Positions 17,993-29,471 are shown, numbered from the stretch's first letter. The stretch is 64,000 nt of DNA from an uncultured Bacteroidaceae bacterium (GCA_964479445.1 CAYZMH010000001.1:11805-75804); one strand, 5' to 3'. Program-made: numbers and translations. Notes: a model not told the origin generated them from the sequence alone.

Positions 17993-19041
17993 TGATAGCT
18001 AAGATTGATCATCTTGTGAGAGAGAACATTCGTTCCCTTGTGCCTTACTCATCAGCCCGAAATGAGTACTCGGGAAGTGATGCGGTGTTGATGGATGCCA
18101 ACGAAAATCCGTTTAACCATCCCTATAACCGCTATCCGGATCCTATGCAGATGGCTTTGAAAGAGCGGATATCTGAATTAAAGGAGATTCCTGGCGAGAT
18201 GATATTCCTGGGAAACGGTTCCGATGAAGCAATAGACAACTTGTACCGAGTATTTTGCGAACCTGGGAAGGATCATGTGTTATCGATAGAACCCACTTAC
18301 GGGATGTACCAGGTGTGTGCAGATATCAATAACATTGCAGTCAGGAAAATACCTCTTAATCCGGACTATAGTCTGGATATACGTTCAATACTGGAAGCCG
18401 TCAATGATCATACAAAATTGATCTTTATTTGTTCCCCCAACAATCCTACTTCAAATTCCTTTCCTGCGGAGGATATTTTGAAAGTTGTGAAGGAATCAGA
18501 TGCCCTGGTAGTTCTGGATGAGGCCTATATTGATTTTTCTGCCTCGGAAAGCATGCTCAGAAAGGTGATGGAGTTCCCCAACCTGGTGATCTTACAGACC
18601 TTCTCAAAAGCATGGGGTATGGCAGGTATACGCCTGGGAATGGCCATAGCCCAACCCGAAGTGATGACCTATTTGAACCGGGTTAAATACCCTTATAATG
18701 TGAACCGGTTAACCCTGGAGCATGCATTGGAAGCACTTAACAAGCCGGAAAGGAAGGATCGCTGGGTGGAAATGATCCTGAATGAAAGGAACAAACTGGC
18801 TGAGCGCCTGGGATCCTATCCATATGTGGAAGAGGTCTATCCCTCCGATGCGAATTTTCTACTGGTGCGCGTGCAAAATCCAACGGCTTTATATAACTAT
18901 TTGAAATCAAATGGAATGATTGTTAGAGATAGATCACGGGTTCCTCTCTGTGAGGGGGCTTTGCGAATTACAGTGGGGACTGAACAAGAGAATCAGCAAT
19001 TAATAGGCCTGTTGGATCGTTTTCCACTGCAATCCCAATGA
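17992..19041 (+). CDS. hisC: histidinol-phosphate aminotransferase
   Basis: It has the features of a class-II aminotransferase, including SKAWGMAGIRLG (the PLP lysine). It lies within the his operon. Confidence 0.9.
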   Translation: MIAKIDHLVRENIRSLVPYSSARNEYSGSDAVLMDANENPFNHPYNRYPDPMQMALKERISELKEIPGEMIFLGNGSDEAIDNLYRVFCEPGKDHVLSIEPTYGMYQVCADINNIAVRKIPLNPDYSLDIRSILEAVNDHTKLIFICSPNNPTSNSFPAEDILKVVKESDALVVLDEAYIDFSASESMLRKVMEFPNLVILQTFSKAWGMAGIRLGMAIAQPEVMTYLNRVKYPYNVNRLTLEHALEALNKPERKDRWVEMILNERNKLAERLGSYPYVEEVYPSDANFLLVRVQNPTALYNYLKSNGMIVRDRSRVPLCEGALRITVGTEQENQQLIGLLDRFPLQSQ

Positions 19042-19083
19042 GAATCTATTTATAAACAGGAATATAACGATAGTTCAATACCC

Positions 19084-20208
19084 ATGAAACGAGTGTTATT
19101 CATTGATAGGGACGGTACGCTGATTGTTGAGCCAGAGGGAGATTACCAGGTGGATTCCCTGGAGAAACTGGAGTTCATGCCCGGGGTTTTCAGGAATCTT
19201 TACAGGTTAACAAAGACAACTCCCTTTGAATTGGTAATGGTCTCTAACCAGGATGGCATGGGGACCGGGTCATATCCTGAAGATGCATTCCTTGCCCCGC
19301 ACAATAAAGTCCTTAAGGCATTTGAGAACGAAGGAGTGATATTTGATGCAGTACATATTGATTCGTCACTTCCCGGGGATCATTCTCCCAATCGCAAACC
19401 AGGTACCGGTATGCTTACCGGGTATTTCGATGACATGTATGATTTGGAACGGTCCTATGTGATCGGTGACCGTCTTACCGATATAGAGCTTGCTAAAAAT
19501 TTGGGTGCAAAAGGTATATGGCTGACTTCTCCCGGTCGAACGGATGAGTTAGTTAAGCACGGACTGAGTTCGTATTGTGAGTTGATCACCGAATCATGGG
19601 ATGAGATATACCGTTTCCTTCGTGCCTCTATAAGGACAGGGAAGGTGGTTCGTAAGACCCGGGAAACCGACGTGGAGGTCACAGTTGCTTTGGATGGAAG
19701 CGGCAGGTCCGGGGTTGAAACCGGACTGGGATTCCTGGATCACATGCTGGAACAAATTGCACGACACGGACAGGTGGATCTTGTTGTACAAACCCGGGGA
19801 GATCTGCATGTGGATGAACATCATACGGTGGAAGATACGGCCCTTGCCCTGGGTGAAGCGTTCTATAAAGCGTTGGGTGATAAAAGGGGAATAAGCCGGT
19901 ATGGATTCACACTGCCTATGGATGAAAGTCTGGCTCAGGTTGCGTTGGATTTTAGTGGCAGACCATGGTTGGTGTGGAATGCAACGTTTAACAGGGAACG
20001 CATAGGAGATGTGCCTACAGAATTATTTTTTCATTTTTTTAAGTCTTTTTCGGATGCTGCACGCTGTAATCTCAATATACAAGTAGAAGGGGAAAATGAG
20101 CATCATAAGATCGAAGCTATTTTCAAGGCATTTGCAAAGGCTATCCATCAGGCAGTGGCTGCCGGAGACGACAATGAACAGCTCCCTACCACCAAGGGAA
20201 TGTTGTGA
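19084..20208 (+). CDS. hisB: bifunctional histidinol-phosphatase / imidazoleglycerol-phosphate dehydratase
   Basis: The N-terminal HAD domain has FIDRDGTLI. The C-terminal IGPD domain has DHMLEQIARHG, DEHHTVED and HHKIEAIFKAFA. Confidence 0.95.
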   Translation: MKRVLFIDRDGTLIVEPEGDYQVDSLEKLEFMPGVFRNLYRLTKTTPFELVMVSNQDGMGTGSYPEDAFLAPHNKVLKAFENEGVIFDAVHIDSSLPGDHSPNRKPGTGMLTGYFDDMYDLERSYVIGDRLTDIELAKNLGAKGIWLTSPGRTDELVKHGLSSYCELITESWDEIYRFLRASIRTGKVVRKTRETDVEVTVALDGSGRSGVETGLGFLDHMLEQIARHGQVDLVVQTRGDLHVDEHHTVEDTALALGEAFYKALGDKRGISRYGFTLPMDESLAQVALDFSGRPWLVWNATFNRERIGDVPTELFFHFFKSFSDAARCNLNIQVEGENEHHKIEAIFKAFAKAIHQAVAAGDDNEQLPTTKGML

Positions 20209-20267
20209 ATGGACCGTTGTTGCCTGAAAGAGATGCCAAAAGATCTTTGTAAGGAAAAAAGCAAACT

Positions 20268-20849
20268 ATGAAAGTTGCAATCATTAAATACAATGCAGGG
20301 AACATTCGTTCGGTGGATTTCGCACTTCAACGCCTTGGAATCCGCGCGGCAGTAACGGCAGATCCGGACTATATTAAAAATGCCGATAAGGTTATCTTTC
20401 CGGGTGTAGGGGAAGCCGGAACCACTATGAAATACCTGCGGGATCATAAATTGGATTCTCTTCTTCGTGAACTAACCCAGCCGGTACTCGGAATCTGCCT
20501 GGGGCAGCAGCTGATGTGCCGTGCATCGGAGGAAGGAAATACCGGGTGTATTGGGATTTACAATGAAACCGTTCGCCGGTTTCCGGAGGGAAAAAAAATA
20601 CCTCATATGGGCTGGAACAGTCTGAAAGAAAGAAAAGGTGATCTTTTCAAAAATATGGAAGAAGAACCATATGTATATTTTGTGCACTCCTATTATGTGC
20701 CACTTTGTGAAGATACAGCTGCAGTGTGTGACTATGGAATATCCTTTAGTGCAGCGATGCAGCGCGAAAATTATTATGCTACCCAGTTCCATCCTGAAAA
20801 AAGCGGGGATATAGGACATTATATTCTGGAACGATTTTTAAAATTATGA
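20268..20849 (+). CDS. hisH: imidazole glycerol phosphate synthase, glutaminase subunit
   Basis: GATase-1 motifs are present: GICLGQQ (catalytic Cys) and QFHPEKS. Confidence 0.95.
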   Translation: MKVAIIKYNAGNIRSVDFALQRLGIRAAVTADPDYIKNADKVIFPGVGEAGTTMKYLRDHKLDSLLRELTQPVLGICLGQQLMCRASEEGNTGCIGIYNETVRRFPEGKKIPHMGWNSLKERKGDLFKNMEEEPYVYFVHSYYVPLCEDTAAVCDYGISFSAAMQRENYYATQFHPEKSGDIGHYILERFLKL

Positions 20850-21565
20850 TAGAAATTATACCGGCTATTGACCTGATCAATGGTAAATGTGTCAGACTCA
20901 GCAGGGGTGATTATACGCAAAAGACCGAATACCGGGAAAATCCGGTGGAGATGGCTCAGCGGTTCGAAGATCATGGGATGAAGCGATTGCACCTGGTTGA
21001 TTTGGATGGTGCGAAAGCGGGAAAAGTAATGAATTACAGAGTTCTTGAAAGAATCGCCGGTCATACGCGGCTTGTGATTGACGCAGGTGGTGGTTTATAT
21101 TCGGATGAAGACTTGCGGATAGTTTTTGAGAACGGAGCCTCTATGGCTACAGGAGGAAGTCTGGCAGTAAAAAACCCCGATCTGTTTAAGAAATGGCTGG
21201 AAAAATACGGATCCCAACGGATAATCCTTGGGAGTGATTTTTTGGATGGTAACATTGTGATCTCCGGCTGGCAGGAGCAAACCGGGTACAGTCTCTATGA
21301 ATTCCTGCAGGACTGGATAGCAGAGGGGATTAAACAGACCATCTGCACGGATGTCTCCAAAGATGGTCTTTTGCAGGGATCTGCTGTAACAATCTATCGT
21401 GCTATCCGAGAACGATTTCCTGATCTTTACATGGTAGCCAGCGGAGGGATTGCTTCCATGGAGGACATCCATGAACTTGAAAGGTGGGGAATCCCTGCTG
21501 TTATTATCGGGAAAGCCATTTATGAAGGAAAGATAAGGTTGAACGAATTGGCAAAATTTCTTTAA
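20846..21565 (+). CDS. hisA: 1-(5-phosphoribosyl)-5-[(5-phosphoribosylamino)methylideneamino]imidazole-4-carboxamide isomerase
   Basis: The N-terminus is IIPAIDLINGKCVRL, a HisA/HisF-type TIM barrel, and the gene is in the expected operon position. Confidence 0.9.
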   Translation: MIEIIPAIDLINGKCVRLSRGDYTQKTEYRENPVEMAQRFEDHGMKRLHLVDLDGAKAGKVMNYRVLERIAGHTRLVIDAGGGLYSDEDLRIVFENGASMATGGSLAVKNPDLFKKWLEKYGSQRIILGSDFLDGNIVISGWQEQTGYSLYEFLQDWIAEGIKQTICTDVSKDGLLQGSAVTIYRAIRERFPDLYMVASGGIASMEDIHELERWGIPAVIIGKAIYEGKIRLNELAKFL

Positions 21566-21574
21566 AGACAACCT

Positions 21575-22327
21575 ATGCTGGCGAAAAGAATTATACCATG
21601 CCTCGATATCCGTGATGGTAAAACGGTTAAAGGAATCAATTTTGAAGATATCCGGGAAGTGGGTGACCCCGTAGAATTGGGTGCAAAGTATGCAAGAGAA
21701 GGTGCTGATGAACTGGTTTACCTGGATATTACTGCATCCCATGAAAAGAGAAAATTGTTTACTGACCTGGTCCGCCGGATAGCAGAAAATCTGAATATTC
21801 CATTCTCGGTAGGAGGCGGTATCAATGAGAGGAGGGATGCAGAGGTTTTATTGGAGGCCGGGGCCGATAAATTATCGGTTAACTCGTCTGCTGTAAGAAC
21901 CCCGGAATTAGTGGATGAAATAGCGCAAAATTTCGGGAATCAATTTGTTATTGTTGCCATTGATGCCAGGTTGGAGCAGGGCCGGTGGTTGGTATACATA
22001 AACGGTGGGCGTATACCCACCGGAAAAGAACTATTCTCCTGGGCAAAAGAGGTGGAAAACAGGGGAGCCGGAGAGATTCTTTTCACCTCCATGAACCATG
22101 ATGGAACCAGGAACGGATTTGCATGTGAAGCGCTCTCGGAATTGTCGCAGCATGTTTCGATCCCTGTTATTGCTTCGGGAGGAGCAGGGGAGAGTCGGCA
22201 TTTTCACGAGGTTTTTACCAGGGGTAAAGCCGATGCAGCGCTGGCTGCAAGCATATTTCACTACAATGAGATCCCCATTCCTGCATTAAAAAAGTACCTA
22301 AAAGAAAACCAAATAATAGTACGATAG
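21575..22327 (+). CDS. hisF: imidazole glycerol phosphate synthase, cyclase subunit
   Basis: Motifs [28 protein letters not shown] and SVGGGI are present. Confidence 0.95.
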   Translation: MLAKRIIPCLDIRDGKTVKGINFEDIREVGDPVELGAKYAREGADELVYLDITASHEKRKLFTDLVRRIAENLNIPFSVGGGINERRDAEVLLEAGADKLSVNSSAVRTPELVDEIAQNFGNQFVIVAIDARLEQGRWLVYINGGRIPTGKELFSWAKEVENRGAGEILFTSMNHDGTRNGFACEALSELSQHVSIPVIASGGAGESRHFHEVFTRGKADAALAASIFHYNEIPIPALKKYLKENQIIVR

Positions 22328-22330
22328 CTC

Positions 22331-22924
22331 ATGATGGATTTTAATAAGATGAATGGATTATTACCGGCCATCATTCAGGATTTTTCAACAGGCAAAGTGC
22401 TTATGCTGGGTTTTATGAATGAAGAGGCATACCGGAAAACCCTTGAAGACCGGAGAGTTACTTTTTACAGCCGAACCAGGGAGAGACTATGGACCAAGGG
22501 TGAAGAGAGTGGTAACTATTTGGAAGTAAAAGAGATATTGGAGGATTGCGATCAGGATACACTCCTGGTAAAAGTCAATCCGGCAGGTCCGGTCTGCCAT
22601 ACAGGCAGTGATACCTGCTTTGATGAAGTGAACAGGGAATCTCTGAAATTTCTCGCTGATTTGCAACAGCTAATTAGCCGCCGGAGAGAGGAGATGCCTG
22701 AAGGGAGTTATACTACAAAACTTTTTGAAAAAGGGATTAATAAAATCGCCCAGAAATTGGGCGAAGAGGCTGTGGAATTGGTTATTGAATCCAAAGATGA
22801 AAATGATACGCTCTTCCTCAATGAGGCTGCTGACCTGGTATACCATTTTCTAGTATTGCTTTCGGCAAAAGGCTACGGAATTCATGATGTAGTAAAGGTC
22901 CTGGAAGAGAGGCACCGCAAATAG
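22331..22924 (+). CDS. hisI: bifunctional phosphoribosyl-AMP cyclohydrolase / phosphoribosyl-ATP diphosphatase
   Basis: The N-terminal HisI part has LLPAIIQD and CHTGSDTCF. The C-terminal HisE part has KIAQKLGEEAVELVIE. Confidence 0.9.
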   Translation: MMDFNKMNGLLPAIIQDFSTGKVLMLGFMNEEAYRKTLEDRRVTFYSRTRERLWTKGEESGNYLEVKEILEDCDQDTLLVKVNPAGPVCHTGSDTCFDEVNRESLKFLADLQQLISRRREEMPEGSYTTKLFEKGINKIAQKLGEEAVELVIESKDENDTLFLNEAADLVYHFLVLLSAKGYGIHDVVKVLEERHRK

Positions 22925-22945
22925 TTTTTTCCTGAACCTCAATTT

Positions 22946-24904
22946 TTACCAGATGCGGGCTCGCGCTGATTTTTCAATGTACATGGTTGACCTATCGGTT
23001 ATGGAAAAAGCTTCATAAAACTCATCCACATTGGGAAGAATTCCATTAACCCGGTGTGCACCAAGGGAGTGCACATCTTCATAGGTAAGCCTGATTTTTT
23101 CTTTCTCTCGTATATTATTAGCCCATAAATGCGCATATGAGAGAAAAAACCGTTGCAGGGGAGTGAGTCCATCTGTTACATTATCAGGGATTTGTTGAGA
23201 CCAGGCTTTTCGTAGTGCTGAAAGAGCGATATTTACCCCGCCCAAATCAGCAATATTCTCTCCAAGAGTCAATTCGCCATTTGCATACAAATCACCCTCT
23301 ATCGGGATGTTATTAAATTGCCGGGTAAGTACCCGGGTACGCTCCTCGAATCGCTGCCTGTCCTCTTTGTTCCACCAATCGCGAAGGTTACCATGGTGAT
23401 CATATTTACGCCCCTGGTCATCGAAGCCATGTGTCATCTCATGTCCGATCACGACCCCGATAGCCCCGTAATTCACAGCATCGTCTGCTTCCAGGTAGAA
23501 GAATGGGGGTTGTAAAATTCCCGCGGGAAAGACGATCTCATTTAGCATAGGATGATAATAGGCATTGACCGTTTGCGGGGTCATACCCCATTCATCAGGA
23601 TCCACCGGTTTACCTATTTTCTTTAATTCATAAGCCTGGTTAAACCGGGATGCAGCAAGATAATCGTCGAAAAATGAACGGTTGCTGAGTGATAACTGCG
23701 AAAAGTCCCTCCACTTGTCGGGATACCCGATCTTCACCCGCATTTTTGAGAGCTTTTCAAGCGCCTCTTTTTTGGTGGATGAAGACATCCATTCAAGCGA
23801 TTGAATACGATCATGAAGGGCTTCTCGAAGATTTTCTACCATCGCGAGCATGCGCTTTTTTCCCTCAGGGGGGAAATATTTGGCAACAAATAGTTCCCCC
23901 AGGGCTTCTCCCAGGGCTGTTTCGGTTGCGCTGGTAACTCTTTTCCAGCGGGATTGCATTACCTCTTTGCCTGAAAGATAGGTACCATAGAAACGGAACC
24001 GTTCTTGCTCGAATTCACTGGATAGAAGAGGTGCAGAGATGTTAAGGATCCGCCATTTGAAGAATGATTTCCACGATTCAAGGGGTATTTCTTCCAACAT
24101 GGTGGATATTTCCTTAAAAAAGCCGGGCTGACTAACATTCACGGCATCTTCAACCGGCAATTTTAATTCTTGCAGGAAGAGGGTCCAGTCAAAGGAAGGA
24201 GCCAGCTTGCCAAGATCTCCGGGGTTCATTTTATGGAAGGTTGCATGCGGATCCCGGCGTTCCAGCAGGGTCATAGCGCTATAGGCTAAGCGGCGTTCCA
24301 TGGCCAGGATCGAACTGGCTATAGCAGCAGAACGTTCAGGCTCCTCGCCGCTCAATTCAAATATCCGGCTGATATAACTATGGTATGTTGCACGTATGGC
24401 TTTTGAACGGTCATCATTTTTCCGGTAGTATTCGACTTCGGGTAATCCCATTCCACCCTGGTAAAAGTTGGCAACAACCATTTCAGCATTTTCCCTGTCA
24501 GGACTGGGAAACATGTGAAACAGGGTTGGTATCCCTTTCCTGAATAAATGGGTTAATGTGGCTTGCAATTCACTCCTGCTTGTAATCGAGTCGATGGTCT
24601 TAAAAATGGGGTTTATCGGTTCAATTCCCTGCCGGTCAATGGTCTCCTGGTCCATGCCCGTCCGGTAGAAACTTCCTATGAGCTGTGCAACAGGATCATC
24701 ATCATCCGGTTTTGAAGAAACCTCCTCGATTAAATTACGTACCAGCTTTTTATTCTCCTCGCGAAGTATGTCAAATGTGCCATACCGGCTGAATTCATCC
24801 GGGATGGGGTGTTTTTTTAACCATCCACCATTGGCATAGTGATAGAAATCAGACGAAGGATTGGTGGTAGGATCCAGGTTCGAAGAATCAATTGGTTTTC
24901 TCAT
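22946..24904 (-). CDS. pepO: M13 family metalloendopeptidase (PepO/neprilysin-like), no signal peptide
   Basis: HEMTHGFD (HExxH) and GENIADLGG (ENxADxGG) are present. The track start at 24925 is a TTG inside a terminator hairpin, so I moved the start to the ATG at 24904 (MRKPIDSS..). Confidence 0.85.
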   Translation of the reverse strand: MRKPIDSSNLDPTTNPSSDFYHYANGGWLKKHPIPDEFSRYGTFDILREENKKLVRNLIEEVSSKPDDDDPVAQLIGSFYRTGMDQETIDRQGIEPINPIFKTIDSITSRSELQATLTHLFRKGIPTLFHMFPSPDRENAEMVVANFYQGGMGLPEVEYYRKNDDRSKAIRATYHSYISRIFELSGEEPERSAAIASSILAMERRLAYSAMTLLERRDPHATFHKMNPGDLGKLAPSFDWTLFLQELKLPVEDAVNVSQPGFFKEISTMLEEIPLESWKSFFKWRILNISAPLLSSEFEQERFRFYGTYLSGKEVMQSRWKRVTSATETALGEALGELFVAKYFPPEGKKRMLAMVENLREALHDRIQSLEWMSSSTKKEALEKLSKMRVKIGYPDKWRDFSQLSLSNRSFFDDYLAASRFNQAYELKKIGKPVDPDEWGMTPQTVNAYYHPMLNEIVFPAGILQPPFFYLEADDAVNYGAIGVVIGHEMTHGFDDQGRKYDHHGNLRDWWNKEDRQRFEERTRVLTRQFNNIPIEGDLYANGELTLGENIADLGGVNIALSALRKAWSQQIPDNVTDGLTPLQRFFLSYAHLWANNIREKEKIRLTYEDVHSLGAHRVNGILPNVDEFYEAFSITDRSTMYIEKSARARIW

Positions 24905-24920
24905 AATTACAAAACTAAAA

Positions 24921-24945
24921 GGCAATCATCCGGAAGATGATTGCC
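24921..24945 (-). terminator. intrinsic terminator downstream of rocD
   Basis: A perfect 10-bp stem, GGCAATCATC-N5-GATGATTGCC, is followed on the minus strand by TTTTAGTTTTG. Confidence 0.65.
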
Positions 24946-24983
24946 ATGTTTTCTATAAAACAAAAAAAAATTGAAATGGTTCT

Positions 24984-26192
24984 CTAAAACCGACTGATGG
25001 TGTCCCTGATGATATCGATGCTTTCCCGGAGCTGCTTTTCAGTGATCACAAGTGGCGGAGCGAACCGGATAATATGCTGATGGGTAGGTTTGGCAAGCAG
25101 CCCGTTTTCCTTCAGTGCGACACATACATCCCAGGCAGTTTTTCCGTTTTTGGGTTCAATCACAATGGCGTTCAATAGCCCTTTTCCTCTCACAATACTA
25201 ACCATGGGGTGATTCATCTTCTTGAGTTCATTACGGAAAATTTCTCCCAGTGCTGTGGCATTATCAGCCAGATTCTCTTCCCTGATCACTTCCAGGGCAC
25301 TAATGGCTACTTTTGCTGCAACGGGATTGCCGCCATAGGTAGATCCGTGCTCCCCCGGTTGGATGGTAAGCATGATATCATCATCGGCCAGAACCGCAGA
25401 TACAGGGTAGACACCGCCTGATAGCGCTTTTCCAAGGATCAGTATATCAGGTCGGACCTCTTCATGGTCGCAAGCAAGCAACTTGCCGGTCCTTGCAAGC
25501 CCGGTTTGCACTTCGTCTGCAATAAAAAGTACATTGTTGGCTTTACACAGATCATACGCTTTTTTAAGATATCCGTCATCCGGGACATACACTCCTGCTT
25601 CACCCTGGATTGGTTCAATCAGGAAACCTGCAACATGCGGATCCTGGAGCGCCTCTTCAAGTGCATCCACGTCGTTGTAAGGAACGGTAACAAACCCCGG
25701 GGTGTAGGGTCCATATCCCCGGTATGAATCAGGATCACTTGACATGGAAATGATCGTTATGGTCCTTCCGTGGAAATTACCCTCGCAGACTACGATTTTT
25801 GCTTCGTTTTCCGGTATCCCTTTTTTCTCATAGGCCCATTTGCGGCATAACTTCAGAGCGGTTTCATCCCCCTCTGCACCTGAGTTCATAGGCAAAACCT
25901 TGTCATAACCAAAATAGCTGGTTACATACTCTTCGAACTCTCCCAGAACACTGTTGTAGAATGCCCTGGATGTCAGTGTAAGTTTTTGAGCCTGGTTATT
26001 CAGCGCATTGACGATTTTGGGATGACAGTGTCCCTGGTTGACTGCTGAGTAGGCAGATAAAAAATCATAATATTTTTTCCCTTCCACATCCCAGACATGC
26101 ACGCCCTCACCCCGGTCCAGCACTACCGGCAGGGGATGGTAGTTGTGCGCGCCGAATTTCTCTTCCCTTTTAATGTAGTCTTGCGTATTCAT
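24984..26192 (-). CDS. rocD: ornithine--oxo-acid aminotransferase
   Basis: The N-terminus [46 protein letters not shown] is typical of OAT. The protein is a class-III aminotransferase. Confidence 0.85.
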   Translation of the reverse strand: MNTQDYIKREEKFGAHNYHPLPVVLDRGEGVHVWDVEGKKYYDFLSAYSAVNQGHCHPKIVNALNNQAQKLTLTSRAFYNSVLGEFEEYVTSYFGYDKVLPMNSGAEGDETALKLCRKWAYEKKGIPENEAKIVVCEGNFHGRTITIISMSSDPDSYRGYGPYTPGFVTVPYNDVDALEEALQDPHVAGFLIEPIQGEAGVYVPDDGYLKKAYDLCKANNVLFIADEVQTGLARTGKLLACDHEEVRPDILILGKALSGGVYPVSAVLADDDIMLTIQPGEHGSTYGGNPVAAKVAISALEVIREENLADNATALGEIFRNELKKMNHPMVSIVRGKGLLNAIVIEPKNGKTAWDVCVALKENGLLAKPTHQHIIRFAPPLVITEKQLRESIDIIRDTISRF

Positions 26193-26368
26193 TGGCGAAT
26201 GTTATTTTAATAGGTACCTGTAAGCGGCGGTAAAGTTATATAATACCTCGCTTTTAACCCTATTTCAGAAAATAAAAAAACCGTTCTCTTCCATACTCTA
26301 AAACATATACCATGCCTGCTTAAACAAATGTAGGGCTGATCTGTTAATGTGATAACAAGATTGGAACT

Positions 26369-26929
26369 ATGAAAATACATCCTTTACTGGAAAAACGGTG
26401 GAGTCCTGTAGCCTTTTCCGACAAACCTGTTACGGAGCAGACCCTGGAAACCCTTTTTGAAGCTGCACGTTGGGCTCCTTCAAGCCGTAATGTGCAACCC
26501 TGGCGATTCATAGTTGCATTTAAAGAAGATCCCCATTATAATACTCTTTTTGAATTGCTTTATGAGGGAAACAAAGTCTGGGCAAAAACAGCACCGGTAC
26601 TTGCACTCAGTGTTGCAGAACTGATTCCCGCAGGCAGGGATACGGAGAATTTATACGCTTTTCATGATACTGGAATGGCCATGGGAAACCTGTTAGTTCA
26701 GGCAACAGAGATGGATTTGTATGTGCATCAGATGGGCGGATACGACAGAGAAAGGGCAATCAAAGAACTTGAGATTGCTCAGCGATATGCACCGGTCGCT
26801 ATGATGGCGATAGGATATAAGGGGGATGCGGGACAGCTCCCTCCCGATGTAGCAGAAAGGGAAACATCAGCGCGTACCCGAAAAGAGAAGCATGAATTTG
26901 TTTTTCGGGAAACCTTCCGGGATCTTTAA
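26369..26929 (+). CDS. nitroreductase family protein
   Basis: The motif RWSPVAFSDKPV...AARWAPSSRNVQPWRF is characteristic of the nitroreductase fold. Confidence 0.8.
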   Translation: MKIHPLLEKRWSPVAFSDKPVTEQTLETLFEAARWAPSSRNVQPWRFIVAFKEDPHYNTLFELLYEGNKVWAKTAPVLALSVAELIPAGRDTENLYAFHDTGMAMGNLLVQATEMDLYVHQMGGYDRERAIKELEIAQRYAPVAMMAIGYKGDAGQLPPDVAERETSARTRKEKHEFVFRETFRDL

Positions 26930-29409
26930 AACTTTGCACTAATCTTTATGTTGAATCTCCTGCCGGTAAGGTAATTGGGAACTCCGAACCGACCAGGTAC
27001 GCCCTGCTGGTTGGAGATGGTTTTAATCCAGATATAAGAGGCTTCATTGTTGATCCCAAGCAAATTGAATACCTCTCCACTGATCCATACCGAGTTGAAA
27101 AAACGGAAAAGTCTACCGGTGGGTTTATCGCCACCTTCGCGGATGAGAGCCTTGGAAAATCCAATATCTACCCGCCTGTAGGGACGCATCCGCAGTTCCG
27201 TGTAGTAGCGTCCTTCGTCGGGATGACTGAGAGGAAGTCCGGTTCCGTAAAATGCACTTAGATGAACTTTGTAACCGGGGTTGCTGGGAAGATAGTCCTG
27301 GAAGAAGAGCCCCACAGTGAGCAGTTGTTCGGTCGGACGCGCATAATAGCCGGCCTCCTGCATTACCTGCTCACCCTCCTGGTTGTATACAAGGATAGAA
27401 TCCCCCATAATATCCTCCCTGGTTTGCAAAAGTGATGCGGTTAACCATGACTGTACTCCCGGTACAAATTCGCCATTTATTTTCAGATCCAGGCCTGTGG
27501 CATATCCCCTGGCAAGGTTTTCTCCGGCATACCGTATGCGAACATTTTCAATCTTATAGGGGATCAGGTCATTAAGCCATTTATAATACACCTCTGCTGT
27601 GAGTTTAAATGGGCGGTTCCAGGCGTTGAAAATATAGTCACCACCGGCCAGTAAATGGATGGAGCGCTGTGGTTTTATTTCTGTATTAATCTGGTCATTG
27701 GGAAGTCGCATCTCTTTGTAAAAGGGGGGTTGAAAATAGTATCCCCATGATAGATGAAACATCATGTCCCGTTCCCAGGCCGGCTGCATACTTAACGTTA
27801 ACCTCGGACTCACCATAAAGGTGCGGTTAAAATTCCACAATGAGCCACGTACACCGGATGTGAAGAAATAATCGGCACTTGGGGTGTTGACCTCCCAGGT
27901 ATCCTGGATAAACGCATTGAAAAGATCATATTGTATCGTTGTCTCCGACCGGGAGGAGGTTTGAACAGATACATGCTTCCCGTCATATGGCAGCGAATAA
28001 CCGGCTGAATCGATCAATTCCCATTCACTGATCCGGTCATAAAAGTCCTGGTACTGGTACTTCAATCCCCACTTGATATGATGTGACCCCGTATTCCAGT
28101 TTCCAATGTGCGAACCAGATAATACGTATGCATCCAGGTAATTCCGCGCATGATTGAGCAGTGTGCCAACACCGATGTTCAGTATACTGTCTCCGTATGT
28201 TTCAGAACCGGCTGTGTTATCCAATTCATTGATAAGGTACTGTCCTTGAATATCATACGTCTCCTGCTCATTGGTCTGAAAACCCGAAGCGATAAACTTC
28301 AGGTTGAGGTTTTGTGTCGGATTAATGTCCAGTGATAAGGCTCCCAGGTAGGTATTGAACTGATCGACCTCCTGTCCGTCATAGTAAATTTTGAGGTTGA
28401 AAGGAAGTTCATTGGTTCCGAATTCGGTATTCCGGGTTTCAGGAATAAACTGATATTTGTTAGATGAATAATTGCCCAGGAAAGAGAGCGCGACCCTCGA
28501 GGAGAACCGGTAGGTCATGAGCATCTGGTAATCGGCAAACTGCGGCTTGTAATCTCCGCTGGTCTGCAGTGTGTTCAACAAATAGGAGGTGGTTTTGTAT
28601 CGATAACCGGAAAGAAACGTAAAGCGTTGATTCCGGCTTGCTCCTTCCAAATGGGCAGATGCTCCCAGCAAACTGATTGAAGCAGAACCGGCAAAACGGG
28701 TGGGATGCCGGTAGGTGATATCCAATGCAGACGACATTTTATCTCCGTACCGGGCGTTATATCCTCCGGCAGAAAAACGGATTGATGACACCAGGTCGGA
28801 GTTGATAAAACTTAACCCCTCCTGCTCCCCTGACCGTACAAGAAAAGGCCGATAGATTTCAATGTCATTTACATATACGAGGTTTTCATCAAAATTTCCG
28901 CCTCGAACCGAGTATTGAGAGGTAAGTTCATTGTTGGAACTCACTCCGGCTTGGGATTTTATTACCGCTTCCACCTTTCCAGTAGTAGTCGGTATATAGT
29001 TTAATTCTTCCAGGTTGATGCGCTGAAAAGTGCTGGCGCGTTCCTGGCGGGCACTGACTGATACTTCAGAGAGGGCTTCCACACTGGTAGCTAAAACCAC
29101 ATCAAGTTTTTTTCTCTCGCCGGGTTTAAGAGTAATCTGTTTTTCCTCGGGCAGGTAGCCGACACAGGAAAAGAGAAGCTCCAGCTCCAGTCCGGGGGAT
29201 ACGGTCAGCTCGTAATAGCCGTTTTCACCGGTCATAGTGCCAGCCTGGGAATCCCTGACCGACACATTAGCAAGATCAATGGGATTACCAGTCGAATCAG
29301 TGATGTGCCCGAAAAGTACAGAACCTGGCTGGGCCAATGATGGAATCCACAGTACGAAAAGCAACAGTTGTATGAGCAGCCTTTTTTTTCTCATCTCAGA
29401 CCATAACAC
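26926..29409 (-). CDS. TonB-dependent receptor-like outer membrane protein with N-terminal CarboxypepD_reg domain
   Basis: It has a signal peptide, a carboxypeptidase-regulatory-like domain (FGHITDSTGNPIDLANVSV..GYYEL), a plug-like segment, a long beta-rich region and a C-terminal ..KISAKF. Confidence 0.75.
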   Translation of the reverse strand: MLWSEMRKKRLLIQLLLFVLWIPSLAQPGSVLFGHITDSTGNPIDLANVSVRDSQAGTMTGENGYYELTVSPGLELELLFSCVGYLPEEKQITLKPGERKKLDVVLATSVEALSEVSVSARQERASTFQRINLEELNYIPTTTGKVEAVIKSQAGVSSNNELTSQYSVRGGNFDENLVYVNDIEIYRPFLVRSGEQEGLSFINSDLVSSIRFSAGGYNARYGDKMSSALDITYRHPTRFAGSASISLLGASAHLEGASRNQRFTFLSGYRYKTTSYLLNTLQTSGDYKPQFADYQMLMTYRFSSRVALSFLGNYSSNKYQFIPETRNTEFGTNELPFNLKIYYDGQEVDQFNTYLGALSLDINPTQNLNLKFIASGFQTNEQETYDIQGQYLINELDNTAGSETYGDSILNIGVGTLLNHARNYLDAYVLSGSHIGNWNTGSHHIKWGLKYQYQDFYDRISEWELIDSAGYSLPYDGKHVSVQTSSRSETTIQYDLFNAFIQDTWEVNTPSADYFFTSGVRGSLWNFNRTFMVSPRLTLSMQPAWERDMMFHLSWGYYFQPPFYKEMRLPNDQINTEIKPQRSIHLLAGGDYIFNAWNRPFKLTAEVYYKWLNDLIPYKIENVRIRYAGENLARGYATGLDLKINGEFVPGVQSWLTASLLQTREDIMGDSILVYNQEGEQVMQEAGYYARPTEQLLTVGLFFQDYLPSNPGYKVHLSAFYGTGLPLSHPDEGRYYTELRMRPYRRVDIGFSKALIREGGDKPTGRLFRFFNSVWISGEVFNLLGINNEASYIWIKTISNQQGVPGRFGVPNYLTGRRFNIKISAKF

Positions 29410-29471
29410 TTATCATAACTCACAAGGGATTAAAAAATTGTATACAGAAACGATTTTTGAAACACCATTAT

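Noticed and set aside
21095-21742. 215-aa minus-strand ORF.
   Set aside because: It lies entirely antisense to hisA/hisF, whose translations carry unmistakable family motifs. It is a shadow ORF.
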